Below, in pieces: positions 47,961 through 59,753 of a stretch of DNA of 64,000 nt. A program made the translations under genes and the position numbers. The notes beneath the pieces were generated by a model. That model saw nothing but the letters and a program-made list of their open reading frames with translations, was not told where the DNA came from and searched no databases. The DNA is from Oikopleura dioica (Eukaryota; Animalia; Chordata), in contig OU015567.1 in NCBI GenBank assembly GCA_907165135.1, forward strand, positions 5,022,001-5,086,000, in the 5' to 3' direction. Each line of letters begins with the position of its first letter. The stretch's first letter is position 1.

Positions 47961-49739
47961 ATGGTACCCCCAAATTTAGAAATAGAATATAAAATATATC
48001 GCCTTAAAATTTACGGTATTCCAAATGCTCTTATTTCTCAAATGAAAGCCCGGTATAAAATTGATTCGAAAGGAAATTCTCGACGTGGACTCTTTGAATA
48101 CTTTTATAATATCCATAATGAAAATCAAGAAATCCCACCTCACCTGTTAGCGTGTCCCTTTTATTTGAAATACAAAAATAAGGGTAAACCTTATGAAAAT
48201 CTGTTCTTAGCTCTTGCTTTTCCCAACAATAATCAAGTCAAAAATAATCTTGATGATCAAACTCTGTTAACATATGATGAGCTTTTTGAAATGGCTCAGG
48301 AACAAATGAGTGAAATACCAGTTTTCGACCCTAAAAGCATACAATGTAATGAGGAAAATGTCGAAGATTTGTTAGTTTTTCTTTACAAACGGTTCGTGAT
48401 TGATGGAAAATCAATTTCAAATTATCAATTTACGAAATCCGACGAGATTTTTGATCCATCTCAGAAAATGATAAAAATAAATTATGCAGGAGACTGGAAT
48501 TCCACTGTCGCTAATATTAAATTGAATGACAAAATTCACTCTTCGGAATTTCAGAGAGTTTGGGATCTCGAGAATGAAAAATTAGCTGAAAGCTCAAGGG
48601 TCGAAGAAGAGCAGCAAGCCGATATTTCGAATAATATAAATATCCTTAGTGAGACGGAGGAAAACTCTGATTCTGAGACATCAGAAATCTTAGGTATAAA
48701 ACATGGTTCTGGATCCCGTAGAGGTAAAACTGTGCCCGAAAAAGTGGTGTTAGTTAATAATTTGGAGAAATCAGACGATATGAAAATGGGCCAAATCAGA
48801 AAATTTACGGAAAAAGATGACACTGATGGGCTGCTTTTGTGGGCTGAAAATCAAATTTTTAGTTTAAAATTGCAGTTCTCAAATAGAACCTTACCTGATG
48901 AAATGCTTATCGGTTATTTAATTAGCAAAATTGAAGCAAAATTTGTTGCAGATGAAATTTCCACGAACTTGCAAAAATTAAATGAAAGAGGGATAGTATT
49001 AACAATAAAACGGTTCATGGACGTTCTAGAAAAAATAACGAGCAAGAACGATGAGCAAATAATGAGGGAAGTGGAGCTTATAGAGTTCGATCCGGATAAA
49101 GAAACGGTCGATGGATTCTATCGACGACTTCTGCGGAAAATCCGCGCGTCAAAAATTTTTAAAGGGGACGGGGGGACCAAATTTTGTGAGCTTCATTTCC
49201 GGAAGAAGGTGTTGAAAGATGACGGTTTGTTTCAAATTTTATCCATGAATTATGTGTGCACGGAGCTAATTGAGTTCACCGAAGGTTTTTTGAGCCAAAG
49301 AAGGTTAGCAAACTTGAACAACATCGAGACCGGGAAATTTGATGGTGAGAGCAATGAATTTTATGACACCGACCAAGATCAATGGCATTCCGGAGGTTAT
49401 AATAATAACAACTTTGATAGCTTTGAAGGTCAAGTCAATCATCTTACTCCGGAAGGTCACCGGAATCAACATCGGATGGCCCCAGATAATAACGATAATT
49501 ACGGGCAAGATCAAAGAGCGGACTTTAATTATCAGCCGCTCCCAGAGTCAGAAAGAATTCCGAATACTCTGCATAATTATTACAACACTCTTGAGCAAGA
49601 ACCCCCTGGTTATACTATAAAACGATGCTTCTATTGCGGTAGCCGATTCCATCTTATAAGGTTTTGTCCAGATCTTCCGGATCGTGAAGAAGAAAATGAA
49701 AATGACGAAAATAAATTACATTTAAACGAAAAATTTTGA
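47961..49739 (+). CDS. gag: Gag-like protein (592 aa)
   Basis: Intronless ORF inside the LTRs, capsid-like helical middle (ETVDGFYRRL), C-terminal CCHC knuckle CFYCGSRFHLIRFC. Confidence 0.85.
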   Translation: MVPPNLEIEYKIYRLKIYGIPNALISQMKARYKIDSKGNSRRGLFEYFYNIHNENQEIPPHLLACPFYLKYKNKGKPYENLFLALAFPNNNQVKNNLDDQTLLTYDELFEMAQEQMSEIPVFDPKSIQCNEENVEDLLVFLYKRFVIDGKSISNYQFTKSDEIFDPSQKMIKINYAGDWNSTVANIKLNDKIHSSEFQRVWDLENEKLAESSRVEEEQQADISNNINILSETEENSDSETSEILGIKHGSGSRRGKTVPEKVVLVNNLEKSDDMKMGQIRKFTEKDDTDGLLLWAENQIFSLKLQFSNRTLPDEMLIGYLISKIEAKFVADEISTNLQKLNERGIVLTIKRFMDVLEKITSKNDEQIMREVELIEFDPDKETVDGFYRRLLRKIRASKIFKGDGGTKFCELHFRKKVLKDDGLFQILSMNYVCTELIEFTEGFLSQRRLANLNNIETGKFDGESNEFYDTDQDQWHSGGYNNNNFDSFEGQVNHLTPEGHRNQHRMAPDNNDNYGQDQRADFNYQPLPESERIPNTLHNYYNTLEQEPPGYTIKRCFYCGSRFHLIRFCPDLPDREEENENDENKLHLNEKF

Positions 49740-51555
49740 AAAAAAAAGGAAGCACTGGTGGATTGAATTTTTATATTTTAATTTTGATAGAAATGAATTG
49801 AATAAAAACAGAGTTAAAAAACAATCATAATGGAATTGATTGTTATTAAAAAAAAGGTGTAATAATAATATTTTAATGAAAATGAGAAAATATTGGTTGT
49901 AATTTTCAATGACAAATAAGGGAATTTTAGAAATTTATATTCTTTTTGAAAATATAAAATACGGGGCCCAAAGTAGTGATTATTTTGAAAAAGAATTTTT
50001 ATATGGACAAAATTTCCGTAAAACGTTGTATATAGCTGACGAGCTGAATAACTGATTTTAACCCCGACCAAAATTTATCTTTTTCAAAGCCGGCTTAGGA
50101 TTATGTAGAAAAGGAAGAAAAAGGGAAATAAATTATGTCGACAAGGTTGAAAATGAGAAAAACAAAGTTATATTCGCGCAACAAAATAAGAGTTGGCGTT
50201 TACTATCAGAAGCCAAGGAATGGCTGGGAAAAAGTGTAAAGATGCTATCAACATGAAATTTGATGAAGAAGTTTGAGCCAAAGTGGGCCATAAAATAGAA
50301 AAGAAAAATTTTTTGTCAACATGAGAGTTGACCTAAGTCGTTTTAGCCAAGGAGGGCTTCTTATTTTTAGTTACTTACGAAAACATGAAAGCTGATTTTA
50401 TTTGTTAAAGCCAAGAAGGTTAAGAAAAGAGGATAAAGATTAATAATTTTTTAAAAAGAATTCGATGACATAAATTTTAAAATCCGCCAGTCCTTGCAAT
50501 TTTTGCTAAAAATTGAATTTAAATAGATATAAAAGATAAATTTTTGGACATAAAATTTCCAAACTTCATACGACAAATAAAACTTGATCGTCGTAGAACC
50601 ATTGATCTATAATAAATGATGCTAACGTTCAACAAATAAAGAGCGTCAAAACTTTAGTCAGATTTTGATACTTAGCGCTTAGTATTAATTATTCGATTAT
50701 TAATAAATTTTTGACCCTGTTATATTTATGTCGGTATAACAGTGTTGTAGAAAAAAAAATCGTACATATTTAGTCATAATTTGGTAAATCGACATCACTT
50801 GCGACTGTTTATCAGTAATTAATTCCTGACATTGAATCACTATCCAATCGCTTTAAATCTGTATATTTTCTATTCCTGTTATTTACAACCAACCCAAACT
50901 AATTAAAAGTTAAAAAAAAAAATGAATTGAATCTTATCATGAATTTTTATTAGTTTGCGATAAAAACTGCTTCAATCAATTGTCGAATTTAAATTTTGAA
51001 AGAAAAAAAAAATGAAAAATAACTTAAAAAAAATAAATAAAAGATAAGGAGATCTTTCCTTCACAAAAAAAATCCATTCTAACTGTAAAATTGTTATTAT
51101 CAATAGTTTTAACATATATACGTTTAATTTTCGTATCTTTAGTTATTATATTACTCTGCTTATTTTTCCCAAATAATACTTAATTTCGTGAAAAAAAAAC
51201 CAAAAAAAAAATAATAATAATTCTACTGTTTCTTTTAATTTTTCTGCAATTCAACGGACCAATTTTTTCTGTTTTTATCAAATTCATATTTTTCTGTTTA
51301 TCTCGAGAAGCAATCATTAACTGTTAAGAAAAAATCATAAATAAGCTTTCTGTTTTTTTATACTGTTTATTATTTAGCTGAACCTATCTTTGCTCAACAA
51401 AAAAATATCTTCTTGAGGGTGGGAATCAAATAATCAAAAGAAGTCAAAACAATATGACCAATCATTACATCAAAAGCCAACAAGCGAAAATTTTATCAAG
51501 TCATCAAAACAAAAACAAAAACGATTACGGCGACATTCACTCAACAAAAATCAAT

Positions 51556-51567
51556 GAGGGGGAAGGA
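51556..51567 (+). other. Polypurine tract
   Basis: GAGGGGGAAGGA immediately 5' of the 3' LTR. Confidence 0.9.
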
Positions 51568-51881
51568 TAGAGATTGTCGGAAATGCTGAATACGGACTTA
51601 TGCCGGCGCATCGGCGCACACGAGCAAATATCGTAAACGACCCTCTCCGCGAATCCTCGGCACAACTCGACACTCTGACTTTTGACACTCTGACTTTTGA
51701 CACTCTGAAACTGAGACACTCAAAAGAGACTCCTTTTGATACACTCCACCCTTTGATACACTCAACCTAAATACAATCAACTGTAAACTAAATCGTGTTC
51801 GACTATGATTAGGCTTAAACAACCAGAGTAGCATTAGGCAACGCCGCCCGGCCATATATCCAGTAAATCAGACTATTTCTA
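51568..51881 (+). repeat. 3' LTR (314 bp)
   Basis: Direct repeat of 47622-47936. Confidence 0.95.
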
Positions 51882-52404
51882 GACTCATTACTAATTAGTC
51901 ATTATTTATGAGTCAAAATATAATTTATTACTCATAATTTTGGCTCATCCTTTTATCGTGAAAACTCATTTTGAAAATCAGCTTATTTGTGAAAGAAAAG
52001 AAACAGGCGAAAGTTTTTGCGAAATATTTTGCGCTAGAATCGCGATTTTCTCGGAGAACAAGTCGAAGGCCTCTTCCATCAGCTCTTCTTCATTTTCTGC
52101 CATCAGAATATTTTTTCCAAAAATTTCGGTCTCTTGAATCGAAAATTTGAAGAATTCGGTCGCGATTGCGTACGCTTAGTAAATATTAAAAGTCGAGATT
52201 TCGCTAAACAACGCGAATTACCGTCATGGAAGCACGCCAAAAATCACAAAAGCCGACCACTTTGTTCGAGTCGTAATTGATGATTAAATGACTTTAGGAA
52301 GCTCATAGGAAGCAATTTTCTTTACAGTCATTTTTTCTAGCGCAAATATTGACACGAAAGAAATTTGATTTTTTTCTCGTTGATTTGAGATTTATTTAAA
52401 TAAT

Positions 52405-55400
52405 TTAAAAGTCAGTGACACTTTCTTTGTCAAAAGCTTCGTTTTTCTCGCCGACTTTTTCATCAAGCTCATTTGGTGGCTCCTCGTCGAACTCCGACGG
52501 ATCGACGTATTCGTAGTAAAAGATGGCGAGGAGGATGAAAACGGTGGTAGAACTGGCCATAATGGCGGAAAGAATGAAATATTCGCCACTTTGGGTCGGG
52601 TGCAATTTGAGTTCGACGAGGAAAATGTCGATGATGTTTCCGAGACAGGTGGTTAGCAGCCAAAAGCTCTAGAAAATTGAGTCGAAAGGAAAGAGGGAAA
52701 GAAAGGGGTCCAACCTGAACGACGGATTTCATCGACTTTGGCGCCTGAGTATACGCAAATTCTAGACCAGTTACAGAGTTCATTACTTCTCCCGCAGTAA
52801 TGACAATGTACTGCGGCAACAATAAGAAGATATTGACGTCATTTGCATTCGATTCAAGACCAACTCGGACTTCGCATTTCCCATTGCCGGTTTGGACAGC
52901 CATGAAGCTCCAAATAGAGCCAGTTCCATAAGGAAATTCGGAATTGAATGGGCTAGTTTCATGATAGGGCCAGTTGTTTGCGTCCCAGAAATCAGAGACG
53001 CATGAGAATTCTTTCTGCAGCTCCAATTCTTCATCCGTGATGTCTGAAAAGAATAAGGGCCCCTTATTTTCCTTGTTTCTTACCATCATCAATGGGGTCC
53101 TTCATAAAATAAGCCTTTATCTGAAAATTTCCTCGATCAAATTCGGTGCTCTCATCCTCCTTGCTAAATGGACTGATGGTCTTGTCGACCACCATTCGTT
53201 TCTCCGACCCATCAGATTTATCAACCAGATGATATCGTAGATAATACCCGCTTGGATTCAGCAAAACCGCTCTAACTCGCATCGACCCGGATTTTTCCTT
53301 TGGGCTGACGTACTAAAATTTTCGGCTGAAATCAAGGAAGACTCAAGGAAAGAATTTTACCCAAAGATATTCGTATTTCGACTCGTTTTTGTAGACCATA
53401 AAGCTATTGATTGTTTCATGCTCGATTTCATCAAGAGAAATATCGAAGTCGAATTTGCCCGGGGCGTTTATTTTGAGAACCTCATTTTTTGGCAAATCGT
53501 CTCTTTTCAATCGGTTTTGAAATTTAATTTTCGAAAATTCAGCAAAAATATTTTTCAAATTCGATTCCTGATTTTTGCATGAGTTTCAGTCCGGAACTCT
53601 TCAATATTCGGCTTTACTGAATACCCGCCAACTGGGTACTCGTCTCCGAGAAAGTCCCAATAGCTCGAGGAAACGGTGAAGTCAGCATCAGCTAGGCCAT
53701 TCATAACGCGAAGAGAGTTCTGAGTCTTGTAATCAGGAATAGGAGTGAGTCCGTCATCGATCGCCAGTTGGACGAATCCCGCGACTAGGAAAGCCAAGGC
53801 GGTTGTGAGCTAAAAACTGGATGAAAACTGTGAATCATTTGACCCGAAAGTCCGTAAATCCATCTGGAAACTCACCTGGCCAGCACTCATTCTTCGCAAA
53901 GACGTCATTTTGAAGCCACACCATTCTATCGCTGGATAGACGCAGTATTGAAAAAGTGGCAAGAAGGCGAGAATCATGATTGGATTCATAATCTGCATCT
54001 GATCGGGTCGAATCTTTGCGTTTCCAACCCATCCATTCGTCTGAGTCGCTGAGAGGGTCCAGCGAGATCCTTGCATGGAAAAGAGCGCCCAGAAGAAGGG
54101 CAGGGGAATGTACATGACGATGATTGGCAGGACGGATTTGTACTCCTTCATTTGCTTTTCCGTGTATTGCGATTTATCACCACATGGGCAGACCGCCGCT
54201 TTTTCAGGGCTTTTCAAAATTTCCAAAGAAAATCCAAAATTATTCCAAAAATTCCAAACAAATTCAACTAAATTCCAAAAAATCCCGAAAAAATCGAGAA
54301 AATTCCAATAAATTCCAAAAAATTTCAAAAAATTTCAAAAAATTCCAAAAAATTCCGAAAAAAATTCCGAAAAAATCCCAAAAAATCCCAAAAAAATCGA
54401 AAAAATTCCAATTAATTCCATAAAATTCCAAAAAATTCCAAAAGATTCCGAAAAAAAATCGAAAAAAAATTCCAAAAATTTCAAAAAAAAAAGTTTTTCA
54501 CATGAAAATGAAAAGCCCTTGCATATAAACTGCCCAAAAACATTTCCCTTACTCGGCTTGATAATGTACTTCTTGCTTCCAGCGACGAAGGCAATAATAG
54601 CCACGAACATCAAGCAAGCTGGGACGACAAAAGCGATGGCATAGCAATCGGCTCGGTCAAAGCACTGAAGCTCTCGGAGAATCGGAGATACGAAGGTCGA
54701 CATGAGCGAGCCAGCATTGATCGAGGCGTAAAAAAGGGAGAAGAAGCCGGAAAGTTGTTCTTTTCCCTTTTTCGTGTCCTCGAAAAAATTGTCAAAAAAT
54801 GCCGTTTTTCCGGTCTTACCTTGAATTGATCACCACCAAGGGCCGCCACGCAAGGCTTGATGCCTCCAGTTCCCATTGCGACTGTGATGAGAGCACAGAT
54901 CGCTAGAATCGTGTTGGTATTATTTGGTGAATTATCATCGCCGAAAGGAACCGCGCTTACAGTCATCATCACCATTCCAGCGAGATAGACGATGGAGAGG
55001 TTCAGGATCGTCCAGAATTTACCGAGGCAAGAGTCTGCAATGATCCCACCAATGAGGGGGAAGAAGTAGCACATGGCGATGTAGGAGTGGTAGATGATTG
55101 TCGACTCATCCTTTCTTTTGGCTTTTTTTACCCAAAAATGATTTTTTGACCAAAAAAATGAACATTATTTGACAAAAAAAATTTTTTTCGACCAAAAAAA
55201 AATAACATTTTTTTACCAAAAAAAAATTTTCTTCGACCGAAAAATGATTTTTGACAGAAAAAAACGAATTTTTTCGACCGAAAAAAATTATTTTTTAATT
55301 TAAAAATCGTATTAATCGGCAAATCAAAATTAAGCCTGGTCCTTCGAGAAACCAAGAAAATAAGTCAAAAAGATGATCAAAATACTTCGCATTCCATAAT

Positions 55401-55542
55401 ACGCATATCGTTCGCAAAACTCGTTGCCAATGATGAAAAACACATGGTAGGGATAAGGAGTGTTTTCCTCGAGATCTAATGAAAATGATCAGGAAAGAAA
55501 AACGGGGAAATTGGTACCTTCCAAATACTCTGACTCTGGCAT
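52405..55542 (-). CDS. slc15: Proton-coupled oligopeptide transporter, SLC15A1/A2 (PepT)-like
   Basis: NEFCERYAYYGMR, GGIIADSCLGKF, GTGGIKPCVAALGGDQF, FWALFSMQGSRWT, GLEFAYTQAPKSMKS. C-terminal PDZ-like VTDF*. Confidence 0.95.
54225..54485. repeat. Intronic degenerate (AAAATTCC)n repeat
   Basis: Direct reading. Confidence 0.85.
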
Positions 55543-56654
55543 TTGAAAAACGTACCCGGAGAATGAGATACAAATAGAAATCTGTCTACTTATTTGAACG
55601 GTTAAATTAAACAAATACTTTTTGGAGGACTTGGACGGACTCCCCTTTCTTGAGAATATTTTTGAGAACTCGGCGATTTTTGAAATAAATTCTCAATAAG
55701 GTACATAATCAACAACCTTCATTTATGTTCTGACAAAGGAATAACCAGCCATATTCTCAAAACAACTCAAGAATTTATCTGTTATTTGAGAATATTTTCT
55801 TCATCAAACGATCGAAATAATTAGCATTTGATCCATTTTCCACGGGGCGTTGTTTACTCGAATTTGAATATGTTTTACATATCTGGCTATATAGAAAGCT
55901 ATCTTCCCGACTAAATTCTCATCTCTGAATAACGATGGAGAAACTGGAACTCAAAGAAAACTTTTTTTTTTATTTCGGAATTCTGACAGAAAGAGCAGCA
56001 AAACTCTCGCCAAAGCGAAACTTGTATCCAGGCACGTGACCGCCATATGCAGGCAGGGCTCCTCGACGGAAGTTAAGGGTCGTTTTCGTTCGTTTTAGTT
56101 TTTGCTCGACCATTGCATCGAGATTCCAGGGATCAATCGGCTTGTCTTTTTTCTGAAGAAAAAATTGATGGTGATTTTATATTTTTCTCACCTCATATTT
56201 CGGAATATTATATTTTTCGCCTTCGAATCGATAAGTATATTCAGTCTTCATTGGAGGCAAATTTCCCATCGACTGTGACCTCAGCGAATTCAAATTATTC
56301 GATGACGTTTCTGATGGCATTCCTCTTCGTGCTTTTTGAACCAAGGGGTGACTAAAAACAATGCTGTTGGGGGCAATATTATTCAGAATCGTCAAGGAAA
56401 GAAAATCCTTCTCGCACCAGTCTGTTGGGCCCTGGCCTGGAAGATGTCGATCTACGGGGTAAAACTGTGAATCGACCTCATGGAAGAAGACGCCTTGGCT
56501 AGCAAGCAGAGGGGAAAAATCATGTTGATTGAAAGAGAGGATTTATGGATGTGGGTGACGCAATTTCGGAATTATCATAAAAATAACACGAATAGAATTT
56601 TAAATAAGAAAAAGAATAAGAATTTGAAATTTTGATTATCATATTTGTTTTCCT

Positions 56655-56888
56655 TAGAGTGGGTTTTGCTGAGCTTAGCAGATATTTTGATTATTGAGCT
56701 GAACTGAGCATAGCTGAGCACTGCTCAGTGAGCAGACCTTTTTCGAAAGCTGTTGAGCTGAGCTGAATTTGAGCAGACACAATTTTGAGCGGGACTGAGC
56801 TGTGCTGTGCAGGCCATTTGAAATATTGACCTGAGCTGAGCTGAGCGACTGCTTAGCTCATTGAGCTAGCTCAGCGCACTTAGCCCAC
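56655..56888. mobile_element. MITE-like element built from GCTGA/TGAGC repeats
   Basis: gtggg..gctgagc / gctcagc..cccac inverted ends and dense 5-bp repeats. Confidence 0.55.
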
Positions 56889-57442
56889 AAAATTAGCAAT
56901 TTTGGGCTACATTCTTGAGCTCGCTCCGATAGGATTCGCTTGGATTACTATCCCTTCTCTTTTTGTTCGTAGATAGAAAATCCGTTTATTCTGTACTTAC
57001 TCGAATATAGTTCCCCTATATGAAGGTTGAAAGCCCCCAAATCCTGACTTCTTTCTCGATTCACTCGGCATTTTCGTAAAAAAAAAGCTAGAAAATGAAA
57101 GACCTTCTCTCTTTTTTGTGCTTGTTTAGGGAAGAGGATAATGGAGTGGTGTTGGAGAGACAATGGGTTAAACTTAAAACGACTTTCGAAACTGGTCGAT
57201 TAGCAGCGTTGGCCGGGCAACACAAGCAGAAGATGATAAATGTAAATAGGACCCAGTCAAAATGATAAATGTTTGTAATTTCCAAAAAATGTTATTCGGC
57301 AAATACAACTGGCAAACATTAATCTCGGTGTTGATTTATTGGGAAGACTGACTTTTTTTCAGCTTATTATTTTATCTAAATGATTTATTATCAGAAATAA
57401 CAGAAATGCACAGAAAAATAAGCAGTTTTCTTTGATGAATAA

Positions 57443-57594
57443 AAATTTCGAAAATTTCGAGAATTTCGAGAACTTTGAGAATTTCGAGAACTTCGAAAAT
57501 GTTGAGAATTTCGAGAATTTCGAGAATTTCGAAAATTTCGAGAGTTTCGAGATTTTCTAAATTTTGAAAATTTCGAGAATTTCGAGAATTTTGA
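57443..57594. repeat. 9-bp tandem repeat (GAATTTCGA)n
   Basis: Direct reading, about 16 units, just downstream of the TGF-beta-like stop codon. Confidence 0.95.
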
Positions 57595-57608
57595 AAAACA
57601 CAAAAATA

Positions 57609-58230
57609 TCATGAATGGCAGCTAACAAAGCTAGCACAGCGGCAGGTTTTGACGATCATCTCATTTTGAAAAACGAAGCCATTTGATTCAAAATCCAACG
57701 TCTCCATTTTTGACGGAAAGCAGCCTTGGTTGATGTCCGATCCTCTAGAAAAGAACATGAATATCGAGATTGGGAGAGTAAAACTTACAATGGATTCTGA
57801 AAGGCCATACAGTGTCCTCGGCAGCTGCCGATGTCGATGAGTTTTGAACCGTCGTAGTTTTTCAGGAAGATGCCAAATTGTCGCCCAAGAAGCTAAATTT
57901 TGAGTTAGATAAAAGAAAGAAAGAAGAGAACATAAATAAGAGCAATTCTTTCTAGAGACTAACATTAGCGTCCATGTAAAGTGGCACCCTTTGACAGGGC
58001 ATTTTGCACATTTGATGATGTCCCCTAAAGAGCAAATTCGACCGTCTCCCTCTTGACAGATGATTTGGAGTTATCAAGGGAGTAGCATCTGGATTTTCAT
58101 AGCAAATCCTCGGAATGACTTTTTGATCGATTCCGGCGCGCTCGCTACAGGCCCGGATTTTTTCGATAATTTGAAGGTCAGCTATTTGTGTCGAGACGGA
58201 AATTTGAATTAAAACCAGCGGAAGAAACAT
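57609..58230 (-). CDS. Divergent TGF-beta superfamily ligand (3 exons, 168 aa)
   Basis: Exons 58230-57964, 57892-57789 and 57744-57609 (GT-AG) splice in frame. Signal peptide, RGRR furin site, CQRVPLYMD...CRGHC...GCFP...MIVKTCRC. Confidence 0.8.
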
Positions 58231-58719
58231 TCTTTCTTTTGATGAATTTTGTTTTGGATGGATTTTTGATAAACTCAAGCGAGTTTATATTCGATCTCGC
58301 GATGATTTTTATAGCGCCCTCTCTTTGGAGATCAACGAGAATTTGAGCCATGTCTGGGCTCTCTGATCCTAACGGGACTCGGTTGAATCAATTCTTTGGT
58401 AGAAGCAAGGTGTTACTATAAACATAATTATATTGCACTAGACACAGTGTAGACATTGACTAGACGAACTCCTGCTTGCTTGCTTTTGCAATGATCAATT
58501 CTCATTTATGTTCATTTATGTCAACTTTAAATTTTTTTGAATAAATTATCCGAAAAATTTTGCGTGGAAATTTTCAACCAATCAGAAGCCTGAATTCTGT
58601 TTACCGGCCAATAAAAAGGTGAGTAGACACCCACGAAAAATTTGTCGAGATTTTTTGTCGGTTCGTCACGCCACCCCCCCCCCCTTTTTTTGCTTGAGAA
58701 AATGTCATGCTAGTTATAT

Positions 58720-59753
58720 GGTCGATCATCGACCGTCGATGAGACAAGGCTGAGACTGAAAAGCCGGGCTCCAATGCTATGGACGAGACGGGGATACTTT
58801 CGCATCAAAACGAAACGAAAGGAAACTCAGCTCCTTTCGCCAGGCTGTAGACAGGAGCCAGGGGGAGGACTCCTGATCCTGGGAAAAGTTTCCACTGCTG
58901 CTCGACCATGCTGTGACCTTTCTCCTCTCAGCCTATTTATGGAAAGACGGATATATTCTCCGGAACAAGCTTGATCCTGGATTGGAAAGCGAAAATATTT
59001 TTTATGTTATTTATTCAAATATTGGAAGACAGGAATGTTTACTTGCAGTAAGCGATGCATTGGAACTCATCCCAAGCAGCAGCTCCGTTGTACCAGGCCG
59101 AGGACCAGCGAGACGTGTTCTTGAGAAAGAGAGCCTCGTAGAGCTTCAATCCGTCCGGGCAAAATGGGTTCTGGTAGTAGTTGACGTTGAACCAATCAGC
59201 GATGCATTCAGTAGTGCTAGAACAAATGCTTTTTTGCTGAGATCAGAAGAGATACCGACCTGCAAGCGTTGTTGGCTTTTTGGCATTCAGCAGTCAGCTG
59301 CGACTGGTTGACATCATAGCCTCTGTAGCTTCCACAGTGCAAAAGGGATCAAAAAAGATTGAAAAACGGATGAAAAAAGAGAATATTTTGATCCCGTTAT
59401 CTGAGCGTAAAGCCGTTTGCTAGCATCGTAGTAGCCAAATCCATCGTTCTTAGAAATTTTTACCCCTCATTTTTTCCTGCTTTTTCTGTTACCTTGAGGG
59501 AGGAGTATTGACCAGCGTTCTCAGCCGCAACGATGCAGTTCCAGTTCTCGTAAGTGATTGCGGCCTCCATGTCCTGCTTCACCCGCATGGCGCATTTTTC
59601 AAGAGTGTTGGAAGCACAGTCCGACTTGGCAAGAGCATCTTAGCAAGGCTGATTGTCAAATCACAAATACCGGTGCTTACCTCGAATAATGTCTGGGACA
59701 ATGATTTCCGCAGTGGCCTGCGAGGCAGCAGCAAGGATTCCAAAAAGACGCAT
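58720..59753 (-). CDS. Secreted Cys-rich protein, unknown
   Basis: MRLFGILAAASQATA signal. Exons DALAKSDCASNTLEKCAMR..., ...NYYQNPFCPDGLKLYEALF...FQCIAYC. The 3' end is approximate. Confidence 0.6.

Larger units (their letters stand above)
47622..51881 (+). mobile_element. Gag-only LTR retrotransposon (Ty3/gypsy-like, non-autonomous)
   Basis: LTRs 47622-47936 and 51568-51881, TSD GACT (47618-47621 and 51882-51885), PBS, PPT, single Gag-like ORF. Confidence 0.95.

Noticed and set aside
45900-52330. Possible minus-strand host gene with the LTR element in an intron (exon-like pieces near 52000-52130, 46800-46870, 46270-46440)
   Set aside because: The fragments look coding but could not be joined or assigned, so they are not reported as a feature.
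56000-57290. Possible minus-strand secreted protein gene between the TGF-beta-like gene and PepT
   Set aside because: A signal-like segment and some exon-like frames exist, but I could not derive a reliable model.
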